A DNA stretch of 64,000 nt from an uncultured Bdellovibrionales bacterium (lineage in GTDB: Bacteria; Bdellovibrionota; Bdellovibrionia; Bdellovibrionales; UBA1609). Shown here in pieces: positions 8,946 through 17,420 of the stretch. A program made the translations under genes and the position numbers. Each line of letters opens with the position of its first letter. Position 1 is the stretch's first letter. Under the pieces are notes generated by a model. That model searched no databases, was not told the DNA's origin, and saw only the letters and a list, made by a program, of their open reading frames with translations. Where the stretch lies: assembly GCA_938002015.1 (NCBI GenBank), contig CALLAU010000087.1, positions 9,920 through 73,919 on the forward strand, read 5' to 3'.

Positions 8946-9966
8946 GCTTTTCTTTATTTAGTTTATAAAGCTCTGTCCTAGGTATTTCATCAACGAAATA
9001 AATACCTTTAACATCAATCTCATTAAAAATTTTACTTAACTCAAAGTCATAGTTTTGGCTTATAATTGCTGTAAAAGCAGCTCCTCTTTGATCATTTAAA
9101 GCAACAAGCTCATAATCCTTCTTACTAAGGTTGTTTCTAAGTAAAACATCAATAAACTTACCCCTTATCGACTCATAGTCTTTAAAAACACCTTTTTCTT
9201 TAATTAAAAAATCAGTTCTTCCCTTAAAAACAAAGCCTTTCTCACTAAGCTCAATAGAATCACTTGATTCATACCACTCGCTATTATTTTCTACCCACTC
9301 CCCATTAATATATTGGTGAGTGTATAAACTAGGCCCCTTAACAAGCAGGTTTGAGTTCTTAGATACAGAAACCTTCCAATCACTGTATGGAGTATAGTGC
9401 TGACTGTCTTTTGAGTAAGCCATTTGAGCTCCCGTTTCAGTCATTCCAAAACAAAGCTTTAAAGGCCATCCAAGCTTAATTGCCTTATCATAAAGATCGT
9501 TATTTAACTTTGCTCCACCAACAAAAACATACTTAATAGATTTAGGAGCCTTAATACCAAAAGAAACCAAGTCAAAAACTTGAGTCGGTACTAAAGACAT
9601 AATTGTTATATCATTAGAATTTAAACAATCTTCTAAATCTTCAGGTTTCCATTTAAAAAACAAAGGCTCTTTCATAGAAGCATAGTAAGACCTTGCATTA
9701 ATTGAAAATCCACCTATATGATTTGTACTAATTGACTGAAGCCATCTATCTGATGAGCTAAAATCATAATGCTTTATAAGAGATTTAGCCCCAGCCTCTA
9801 ATTTTGAAAGGCTTATTAAATAGTGCTTTTTTTCACTTTCAGTTCCAGAAGAGGAAACACAGTAATAAGGTTCCTTACAATCAATATCCTCTTTTATAGT
9901 AGTGCTTTTACTAACAAAGTGAATTTTGTTTTTATTAAGTGAGCTAAGAAAATCCTTATACTTCAT
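8908..9966 (-). CDS. menE: o-Succinylbenzoate-CoA ligase-like adenylating enzyme, N-terminally short
   Basis: ANL motifs SSGTESEKKH (P-loop-like), GMTETG and a PRTELYKLNKEKL tail. Sits last in the men operon. Only 352 aa. Confidence 0.6.
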   Translation of the reverse strand: MKYKDFLSSLNKNKIHFVSKSTTIKEDIDCKEPYYCVSSSGTESEKKHYLISLSKLEAGAKSLIKHYDFSSSDRWLQSISTNHIGGFSINARSYYASMKEPLFFKWKPEDLEDCLNSNDITIMSLVPTQVFDLVSFGIKAPKSIKYVFVGGAKLNNDLYDKAIKLGWPLKLCFGMTETGAQMAYSKDSQHYTPYSDWKVSVSKNSNLLVKGPSLYTHQYINGEWVENNSEWYESSDSIELSEKGFVFKGRTDFLIKEKGVFKDYESIRGKFIDVLLRNNLSKKDYELVALNDQRGAAFTAIISQNYDFELSKIFNEIDVKGIYFVDEIPRTELYKLNKEKLKGVLARQILFY

Positions 9967-9970
9967 CTAA

Positions 9971-10858
9971 TTAAAGTACTTTCCAGTCTTCATACTCTAA
10001 AAGAGATAAAAAGTCTGCTTTATTGTTTAGCTTAAATAAAGGGCCTTTAGATATAAGCTCTGAGTATTTATTCTTTTGATAAAAGCGCTGGGTAAGAAGA
10101 CCATGCTCAGAGTCTAAAGAGCTCTTTGTAACACTAAGAGCAGATATAAGCTGACCAAGAGGGTGATCTAAATAACTTGTAAAAACTAATACTGTACTTT
10201 CTTTAGTCCCCTCTTCAAATACTAATTTTTCAAACCCAGTTGGTTTTTTAATAATAAGATCTGGCGATTTAATAGATAGGTCAAAGTCTTTAGCAACTGG
10301 TATTTCTTTAGATTTAAAATCTTTTGGAGGGTCTTCAACATATTTAATAATATTTTTAAAGTTCTCAATTCCTGAAGTCTCACCTAATTGATTAAAATCT
10401 AGTATAACCTTTAAGTCATGTTTTTTAAAAATTTCTAAATCTATATCCTCTAAGCTAGTTACTTTAAATTTAATAGTTTTAAATTGGTGAGGTAAAACCT
10501 CTTCTTTTAAAGTGCTTAATGAAAAACTCTTTATATCACCTGCAGAAAAATAACAAGGAATCGGTTTTAGTATATTTTCAGCTCTTTCTGAGAAAAAATT
10601 CTTTATAAGCTTTGCAGATTCAATAATTAGCAGACATGTCCTATCTACTATTTTATCAACACTCATAGAAGTAATAATTTCTGATATACCTCTATCTCCA
10701 AGGCTTTTTATAGGTTGGTAAAGTGAATAGCCCACGCCATCGTCAAAATTAAATTTAAATAAAACACCCTCACTAGATTGGTGACTACCTCCAGAGATTT
10801 TTTTATTTAAAGAATATTTAGCGTACTCAATCCTCAAAACGAAAGAGCTCCTAAGCAA
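9971..10858 (-). CDS. menC: o-Succinylbenzoate synthase (enolase superfamily)
   Basis: KFKVT (KxK), VILDFNQ (Asp ligand), YVEDP (Glu), VAKDFD (Asp) and IIKKPT (Lys) line up with E. coli MenC KVKVG / LRLDANR / FLEEP / AWDES / VIKPT. Confidence 0.72.
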   Translation of the reverse strand: MLRSSFVLRIEYAKYSLNKKISGGSHQSSEGVLFKFNFDDGVGYSLYQPIKSLGDRGISEIITSMSVDKIVDRTCLLIIESAKLIKNFFSERAENILKPIPCYFSAGDIKSFSLSTLKEEVLPHQFKTIKFKVTSLEDIDLEIFKKHDLKVILDFNQLGETSGIENFKNIIKYVEDPPKDFKSKEIPVAKDFDLSIKSPDLIIKKPTGFEKLVFEEGTKESTVLVFTSYLDHPLGQLISALSVTKSSLDSEHGLLTQRFYQKNKYSELISKGPLFKLNNKADFLSLLEYEDWKVL

Positions 10859-11769
10859 AACATAACAACAAATATAAGTTGATTTAAAGCGGCAAAGCCA
10901 ATGAGTTTATTATATTCTCTTGATGGCTTATTAGAATAAATCTTAATAAAAATATAGATCGCCAATGGAAGACTTAAAAAAGTCCAGAAACCAGATCTAT
11001 AAAAATATGACCCCATCCAAAAAATATTAAGTAAATATGGCGTGAAAAGACAAAGAAACAAAAAGCCTAGTCCAAAATTTCTTCCATACTTCACAACAAG
11101 AGTTTCTTTTTTCTTTAACTCATCACTTTCTTGATCTCTTAGATTATTAATCAAAAGTAAAACATTGCAAAGAAGCCCACATTGAAGACCTGAGATAAGG
11201 CTGCCATCAACTGTCTGCCCAGCAAGAATAAAGCTTGTCCCCCAAACAGCTAAAACTCCAAAGTATAAAATAACAAATAAATCTGCTGTCCCGGTAGAAG
11301 CAAGTGACAAACTTGTTCCAGTATAAAGATAAGCCAATACTAAAGCCGATAAACCAATAAGTAAAATACTTACTCCAGCAACGTAAACTAAATAGCTCCC
11401 TAAAACCGCAGCAATAAACAAACAAAAAATTGCACCATACTTTAAATCTTTTGGCCGCAATAGACCCTCTAGACTTGCTCTTTTTGGACCAAGCCTTTTT
11501 TCATCATCACGTCCTTCTTCAAAATCTAGAGCATCATTAAAAAAATTTGTTGCAATTTGAATTAAGAACGCTGTTGATAAAATACATAAACTTAATAAAA
11601 CAGAAACTGAGCCAAATATTTTAAAAGCTAAAGTCACACCAATAAGAACTGGACACAAGCTAGCTATGAGTGTTTTAGGTCTTGTCGCAAGAAAAAAAGC
11701 CGACACCTTCTTGCTAAAAACCTTGGTCTGGTTTTGTTCATGATCCATATTCTTATTTATACACTCCAA
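10834..11769 (-). CDS. menA: 1,4-dihydroxy-2-naphthoate polyprenyltransferase
   Basis: UbiA-family motif NFFNDALDFEEGRDD; about 8 hydrophobic segments; second Asp-rich block NNLRDQESD. Confidence 0.88.
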   Translation of the reverse strand: MECINKNMDHEQNQTKVFSKKVSAFFLATRPKTLIASLCPVLIGVTLAFKIFGSVSVLLSLCILSTAFLIQIATNFFNDALDFEEGRDDEKRLGPKRASLEGLLRPKDLKYGAIFCLFIAAVLGSYLVYVAGVSILLIGLSALVLAYLYTGTSLSLASTGTADLFVILYFGVLAVWGTSFILAGQTVDGSLISGLQCGLLCNVLLLINNLRDQESDELKKKETLVVKYGRNFGLGFLFLCLFTPYLLNIFWMGSYFYRSGFWTFLSLPLAIYIFIKIYSNKPSREYNKLIGFAALNQLIFVVMFCLGALSF

Positions 11770-12416
11770 ATTAGATTTTTTAAAGCCTGAGGATTTTCAT
11801 AACAACACCTATGCCCTGTGTTTTCTACTTCTTTAACTTTAAGAATATCTTTTATACGAACACCAATATTTGCATATTTTTGATCTAAGCTTCCATACAA
11901 ATAAAGGTCATTATTTCTTAAAAATGGACTTTCTTTAAAAGTAAAGAAGTTCGTAAAATAACTCAAAGTTTGAAGCTTAGTCCACTCCTCTTCAGCAATA
12001 GAAAAATCTCTTCTATAAGTCTGCATACTATGGCCTTGAAAAAGTGGTAAATCAGACCACTTTCTTTTAGCCTCAAGAAAAGATTCTTTAAATTCTTTAA
12101 TCCAGTAACTTGCCATTTCATCTCTTTGATTTACTTCTTCTTTACTCATATGAGAAATATTTGCTGAAATAAATACTCTTTGCTCTACATTAATATCTAA
12201 CTGAGATAGTAAACGCCCACCAAAAGAATAACCTATAGCCTTATCATAAGCTTTCTTTTCATACTTATTCATAAACTCACTTTTTAAATCTAAAAGGTTT
12301 TTTGATTTACCTATTAATGACCTTAGATCAACAAAAACATTTTCATCTTCACTTCTTGAAAGTGGAGATAAATCCCTAGATGAACCCAAAAAACCTGATA
12401 AATATAAAACTCTCAT
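11757..12416 (-). CDS. menH: SHCHC synthase-like alpha/beta hydrolase
   Basis: Nucleophile elbow GYSFGGRL (E. coli MenH GYSLGGRV), a C-terminal His (GHRC), and position between menD and menA. Confidence 0.65.
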   Translation of the reverse strand: MRVLYLSGFLGSSRDLSPLSRSEDENVFVDLRSLIGKSKNLLDLKSEFMNKYEKKAYDKAIGYSFGGRLLSQLDINVEQRVFISANISHMSKEEVNQRDEMASYWIKEFKESFLEAKRKWSDLPLFQGHSMQTYRRDFSIAEEEWTKLQTLSYFTNFFTFKESPFLRNNDLYLYGSLDQKYANIGVRIKDILKVKEVENTGHRCCYENPQALKNLIWSV

Positions 12417-13846
12417 CTAACTTGCTCAGTCCAAAATGCTTTAGATTGTTTGTTGTCAGGGTTTAATTCTATTAAAACTTGATTGCTCTCTAGCTCGCTA
12501 GAGTTAAGCTCTAGATCATTTTTATAATCTAAACCCCAGAAGTCAGCGAGTGCTTTAAAGTTTAGTTGATGGCCGTTTAACATATACTCTTTATCAAAGA
12601 TCTTTTTAAAAATTTGACCACCAAAGTTATTCATAACGACTATGCGAGTTTTATTTTTTCTTTTTTTAAGCAAAGGCCAAAACCCTTGTAAATCATAAAG
12701 ACACGTTAAATCACCTAATATAACCCAGGCTTCTTCATTTAAGTCACTCATCGCACCTAGTGCAAAAGATAGCGAGCCATCTATTCCATTAACTCCCCGT
12801 TGTCCAAAAATTTTAAACCCTTTATCAAATTCAGTATGCTGAAGTTCTCTTACCGGTAAACTATTTCCAACAAAAAGACTTGCAGTTTCCGGGATTTTAT
12901 TAACAAGCTTTGATAAAAGAGAGATTTCACTTTGAGGATAATTTACTTTTAATTTTTCTGAAGTATTTTTAACTTTTAAGTTAACTTCTTTTATTTCTTT
13001 AAGGTCATCATTAGTAATTGAACTTAAAATAAAATCTTTTAATTCTTTAAAGGCGAGCTTTTTTGCCTTTACCGCTCCAGGGAAATAGCCTTCTAGGTAA
13101 TATGAACTGCAAAGATCTGCCTCTCTCCACGCTTTTAATACAGGAACAGAGCCAATTCTTATGATTTTCTTAAATGATTTAATGTTCATTTTTAAAAAGA
13201 AAGCATCTGGCTGCCTAATCACTTCAGCTTGCTTAAAATCTGCTTCCTTAAAACCTGAAAGCGCTTCTAAAACAATAACCCCTTTATAATTTTTAAGAAG
13301 CAACTTAACTTCTTTAAAATCCTCAGGCTTTAATCTAGATAAAATAATAATTTGATCAAAATTTACTTCTAAACTCATTTCCTTTAAAGGGTTTGGCTCA
13401 CCTACACAAAGATTAATGTGAGCGGGGAATTTTAAATCGTTTAATTTATAGTCCTCTTCATTTAAATCAAAGTCATAAAGAGATTCAGCAAAATCTTTAA
13501 AAATATTTTGTTGTGGAATAGTTTGTGGAGCCCCAGTGTATCTTAGCTCCCTTGGTCGATCTGCTGATAAAACAATAAGAGGAAGAAAGTCTTGATACTT
13601 AGCTTCAATCATAGCAGGCAAACACTCGGCTACAGCTGAACCAGAAGTTGTCACAACAACGACAGGCTCGCCTTTTGAAGCTAATCCTAGAGCATAAAAA
13701 GAGGCAGAACGCTCATCAAAGAATGACTCAACTTTAAAGTCATTTGATGTTTCAAATAACTCAAGAAGTGGCTGGTTTCTTCCTCCTGGGCAAGAAACAA
13801 TTTTTTTAACGCCAATTTTTATGAGTTCATCTACTAATTTCTTCAC
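12413..13846 (-). CDS. menD: SEPHCHC synthase (ThDP-dependent)
   Basis: ThDP-binding block GDLTCLYDLQG...VVMNNFGGQIF; N-terminal PGGRNQPL and DERSASFYALG blocks; 4-nt overlaps with menF and menH. Confidence 0.85.
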   Translation of the reverse strand: MKKLVDELIKIGVKKIVSCPGGRNQPLLELFETSNDFKVESFFDERSASFYALGLASKGEPVVVVTTSGSAVAECLPAMIEAKYQDFLPLIVLSADRPRELRYTGAPQTIPQQNIFKDFAESLYDFDLNEEDYKLNDLKFPAHINLCVGEPNPLKEMSLEVNFDQIIILSRLKPEDFKEVKLLLKNYKGVIVLEALSGFKEADFKQAEVIRQPDAFFLKMNIKSFKKIIRIGSVPVLKAWREADLCSSYYLEGYFPGAVKAKKLAFKELKDFILSSITNDDLKEIKEVNLKVKNTSEKLKVNYPQSEISLLSKLVNKIPETASLFVGNSLPVRELQHTEFDKGFKIFGQRGVNGIDGSLSFALGAMSDLNEEAWVILGDLTCLYDLQGFWPLLKKRKNKTRIVVMNNFGGQIFKKIFDKEYMLNGHQLNFKALADFWGLDYKNDLELNSSELESNQVLIELNPDNKQSKAFWTEQVR

Positions 13847-14844
13847 AGATCTAACAATACTTTCAAGTTTTCAAATTTCATTTCAAGCTCTTTTAACTCA
13901 CCTTCTAAAACACTTTCTCTAATTACTCCACCACCAAAAAAGACCTTAGCTTCACCATCTCGAATTTCAAGCCCTCTAATAAGCACTAAAGCAAAACTTG
14001 ATTCATCCATTAAAAGCTCTGCAAAGCCTCCATAAAAGCCTCTCGGCTCAGGACCAGGACTAAACCCTAAATTAAAGTTCTTTGGCATAACTCCCACAGC
14101 AGCTGTTGGGTGAAGCTTTTCAGCAAGACTTAAAACCTCTTCTCTTTTAATATCTAACACACCTTTAGAAGAAAGATGCTTAATATGACCATGTCTCTCT
14201 TCACTAATCTCTCCCCAGCTCACTTTGTTTTTAAGCTCACAACTAATGCTTTCTTCAACTGCCTTATGCTCTTTAATAAGCTTTGAGTTAAGAAGAAGCT
14301 CTTCATCAAGCCCTCCTGTCCCAGCTAGCGCTATAGTTTCATATTTACTACCTTTACTCCCTTTAAATAAAAACTCAGGAGCTAAACCAAGCCTATAAAG
14401 ACTTTTACTTGGATTGATTAAAGCGTATATATAGCCATTTTTGTTTGAGCTTAGTAAGGAAGAAAGAGAGTTGAAAAAAGTTCCAAATTCGTTTTTAACT
14501 TCAGCATATGCAAGTCTATAAAGAATAACTTTGTTTAAGTTTGTATTTAAAAAGCAGTTTTTAGCCTCTTTAAAGGATTTTAAATAGTCTGCTTTACTTG
14601 AAAAGCTCCATTCTCTAAAACCTTTACTTTTCTTAAAGCTTGCTACAGCTTTTAAAAGCTCCTCCCTACTGAGTTGATAATCAGGTTCACTTAAATAACA
14701 GGCAGTTTTTAAATCATAATCTACAAACCTTCCTGTGTGAGAGTCTAACTCACATAGAGGGCCTATGTTTAAAAGCCCTGTATGAGGATCCTCTAAGATA
14801 AAGGCTCCTTTGTTCAATAGTTCTTGAATAGTATTAGTAGACAT
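13843..14844 (-). CDS. menF: Isochorismate synthase (compact, 333 aa)
   Basis: Chorismate-binding family blocks LHPTAAVGVMP, RGFYGGF and FFGGGVIRES; first gene of the men operon. Confidence 0.75.
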   Translation of the reverse strand: MSTNTIQELLNKGAFILEDPHTGLLNIGPLCELDSHTGRFVDYDLKTACYLSEPDYQLSREELLKAVASFKKSKGFREWSFSSKADYLKSFKEAKNCFLNTNLNKVILYRLAYAEVKNEFGTFFNSLSSLLSSNKNGYIYALINPSKSLYRLGLAPEFLFKGSKGSKYETIALAGTGGLDEELLLNSKLIKEHKAVEESISCELKNKVSWGEISEERHGHIKHLSSKGVLDIKREEVLSLAEKLHPTAAVGVMPKNFNLGFSPGPEPRGFYGGFAELLMDESSFALVLIRGLEIRDGEAKVFFGGGVIRESVLEGELKELEMKFENLKVLLDL

Positions 14845-14878
14845 TATAATAATTTAGCACGGTAAAGGAACCAAATCG

Positions 14879-15658
14879 ATGGTTGAAATAAGCGGAGTTC
14901 CATTTGGAGATAAGACAGTTCCTGTAGTAGCTGGGCCTTGTTCAATTGAAAACAAAGATCAATTCTTAAGCATAGCTACAGAACTAAAAGAACTTGGTAT
15001 TCCTCTGCTTCGCGGCGGTCTTCATAAGCTAAGAACCAAGCCTGGTTCTTTTCAAGGCTTAGGTGAAGATGGCTACATGTTAGCAGCTGAGGTTTCAAAA
15101 AATTTAAATTTTCCACTTATTACTGAAGTAACTGATCCAAGACAGATAGAGGCTTTAAGTAAATTTGTTGCCGCTTTTCAAGTTGGTACAAGAAATATGT
15201 ATAACTATGATCTCTTAAAAGAACTTGGAAACACGAAAATACCGGTACTACTTAAAAGGGCTTTTTCAGCCACTTACTCTGAACTCTTAAATGCTGCTGA
15301 GTATGTTGTTTCAAACGGAAACTCAAATGTGATTTTGTGTGAAAGAGGTATTCGAACTTTTGTAACAGACACAAGAAATACTTTTGATATAAACGCTATT
15401 CCTTTTTTAAAAAACAGATCTCATCTTCCTGTAGTCGCAGACCCTAGTCATGGCTCAGGAGAAACATATCTTGTTGAACCTGTTGCTCTTGCAGCCCTTG
15501 CTGCTGGAGCAGACGGTCTTCTTATTGAAACACACAATGATCCTAAAAATGCTTTATCTGATGGACAGCAAGCACTTACAGTTAAACAACTCTCCTCTTT
15601 TTTAGAAAAAGCTCAAGGGATTTTATCAGTATCAGGGAGGAGTCTTGCAAAACTATAA
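14879..15658 (+). CDS. aroF: 3-deoxy-7-phosphoheptulonate (DAHP) synthase, type I-beta, catalytic core only
   Basis: VVAGPCSIEN, LRGG..K.RT.P.SFQGLG, QVGTRNM, ILCERGIRTF, DTRNTFD, VADPSHG and ALSDGQQAL blocks follow the Thermotoga-type I-beta DAHPS pattern. Confidence 0.8.
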   Translation: MVEISGVPFGDKTVPVVAGPCSIENKDQFLSIATELKELGIPLLRGGLHKLRTKPGSFQGLGEDGYMLAAEVSKNLNFPLITEVTDPRQIEALSKFVAAFQVGTRNMYNYDLLKELGNTKIPVLLKRAFSATYSELLNAAEYVVSNGNSNVILCERGIRTFVTDTRNTFDINAIPFLKNRSHLPVVADPSHGSGETYLVEPVALAALAAGADGLLIETHNDPKNALSDGQQALTVKQLSSFLEKAQGILSVSGRSLAKL

Positions 15659-16349
15659 AGGACCAGATCCAGTAAAAATTAAAAACATCTTCTCTGATGT
15701 CGCTATCACTTATGATAAAGCAAATAACTACATGACTTTTGGATTGGCACATTCATGGAGAAAAAAAGTTGTTACACTTAGTAATACTCCTAAAGATGGT
15801 AGTGTTTTAGATTGTGCAACAGGTACAGGGGATTTAGCCATTGAGTTTAAAAGAGCTCTCCCTAAAGCTAAAGTCATTGGTTCAGACTTTTCAAAAGAAA
15901 TGCTAAACCTTGCTCCTAAAAAAGCAGAAGACTTAAACTTAGACATTGATTTTCAAATTGGTGATGTGATGAGTTTAGACTTTAATGACGCTACTTTTGA
16001 TACAGTAACAATTGCATACGGCATTAGAAACGTATCTGATCCAAAAAAAGGTTTAGAAGAAATGTGGAGAACTATTAAGCCTGGTGGAAAACTCCTCATC
16101 CTTGAAACAGGAGATAGTAATTCTATTTTTTCAATTCCTGTAAAAATTTATACTAAATACCTAATCCCTGTAATTGGTGGAATTGTTAGTAAGAAGAAAG
16201 ATGCTTATAAGTATTTAAGTAATTCTTCACAAAAGTTTCCTTCAAAAGAAAGCTTTCTTGATTTAGGAAAAGAATTAGAAGGTTTAAAATCAAGCTCTTA
16301 TAAATCTTTAATGATGGGTGCTAGCTATATCTATATTTTTAATAAGTAA
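15645..16349 (+). CDS. ubiE: Demethylmenaquinone/ubiquinone C-methyltransferase
   Basis: YDKANNYMTFGLAHSWRKK signature, SAM motif LDCATGTGDL, and IAYGIRNV. Overlaps the DAHPS gene by 14 nt. Confidence 0.9.
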   Translation: MQNYKGPDPVKIKNIFSDVAITYDKANNYMTFGLAHSWRKKVVTLSNTPKDGSVLDCATGTGDLAIEFKRALPKAKVIGSDFSKEMLNLAPKKAEDLNLDIDFQIGDVMSLDFNDATFDTVTIAYGIRNVSDPKKGLEEMWRTIKPGGKLLILETGDSNSIFSIPVKIYTKYLIPVIGGIVSKKKDAYKYLSNSSQKFPSKESFLDLGKELEGLKSSSYKSLMMGASYIYIFNK

Positions 16350-16367
16350 ATAAAAAAGTACTTTTTA

Positions 16368-16793
16368 TTAATTCCACATTAATAAGGCGTCATACTGGCC
16401 TCTTATTCTTGCTGCCTTAATTCGACCATCTTGACTCATTTCTACTTTATTTTCATTAATAAAATTAATCATTTTATCTAAGTTATGAATTTTCCCTTTA
16501 AAAATAAAAGCTTTAATAACAGATCTTCTACTTTCACTACTAAGGCTTGAATACTTACTCCAGCTTTCTTTAAAAAAACTTTTTAAACCTGAAACTTTAA
16601 AATTAGAAACTACAGAAGCCGGTCCTCTACTTTTAGTGTTTATATTTTTACTTAAAGCAACCTCTTCTCTTTTAAGCTCTTCAAATTTTGCATTATAAGA
16701 TCTAAAAAAATCTAAACTCTGCTTTTCAGAAGCTTGTAGCGGTATTGAAGCAAAAAACCCTAAGAGAACTAATACTTTAAATAGCGTTCTCAT
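16368..16793 (-). CDS. Hypothetical secreted protein
   Basis: Signal peptide MRTLFKVLVLLGFFASIPLQASE. 17-nt overlap with the upstream secreted ORF. Confidence 0.45.
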   Translation of the reverse strand: MRTLFKVLVLLGFFASIPLQASEKQSLDFFRSYNAKFEELKREEVALSKNINTKSRGPASVVSNFKVSGLKSFFKESWSKYSSLSSESRRSVIKAFIFKGKIHNLDKMINFINENKVEMSQDGRIKAARIRGQYDALLMWN

Positions 16794-17256
16794 CTTTAAC
16801 CTCAGCAGCTAGACTTGTTTGCTTGTAATTTTTAATCAGTAAAGTATCGATTACTTTATTAGCTTCAACAGTTGAGCAAAAAGAAGTTTCTTTACAATCA
16901 GATAAGAAAACAACAAAACTCTCTTTTTCAATCTTAGTAAAACTTAAAATTCTTTCATCTTTGTTTTTAGATTTAATTAATAGATGAGATATATAATTTT
17001 TTGAATCATTTAATACTTTATTTACATCACTTAAGTCTCTTCCAAAACTAATTGAAACCTCATCTTCTAAGAGGTCAATAAAGTTTAAAGCTAAAGACAC
17101 ATCCTTATTAAAAAGCTTTTTTAAATGCTTTTTCTTTCGTTTACTTGAGCACTTTGAAAATGCGTAATACGAGGAAAGACCACATTTTACCTTATCCCCT
17201 GCTTGTGCTGAAAAACCAAAACTTGATGCTAAAACTAATAGTAAAATATATCTCAT
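16777..17256 (-). CDS. Hypothetical secreted protein
   Basis: Signal peptide MRYILLLVLASSFGFSAQAGD. No family recognised. Confidence 0.45.
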   Translation of the reverse strand: MRYILLLVLASSFGFSAQAGDKVKCGLSSYYAFSKCSSKRKKKHLKKLFNKDVSLALNFIDLLEDEVSISFGRDLSDVNKVLNDSKNYISHLLIKSKNKDERILSFTKIEKESFVVFLSDCKETSFCSTVEANKVIDTLLIKNYKQTSLAAEVKDENAI

Positions 17257-17420
17257 GTGAACTGCTCCCCTATATTACTCTATTACAAAGGTTATTCCAG
17301 CTCAGATCCAATACATTAGATTAAGGCGTTTTGATTCATGTCAGGTGTATAATAATCAATCAATATACTAGTGCAATAAGCCCCCTAAACTCTTAAGCTA
17401 TTCAAGCAGTCATACACCTC

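Noticed and set aside
14879-15658. Alternative call of KDO-8-phosphate synthase for the 259-aa aldolase
   Set aside because: The block pattern (GPCSIEN, RGG..K.RT.P.SFQG, ILCERGIRTF, DTRNT, ADPSHG) follows type I-beta DAHP synthase. The gene is divergent from menF and overlaps ubiE, which fits chorismate supply. The call remains unverified by phylogeny.
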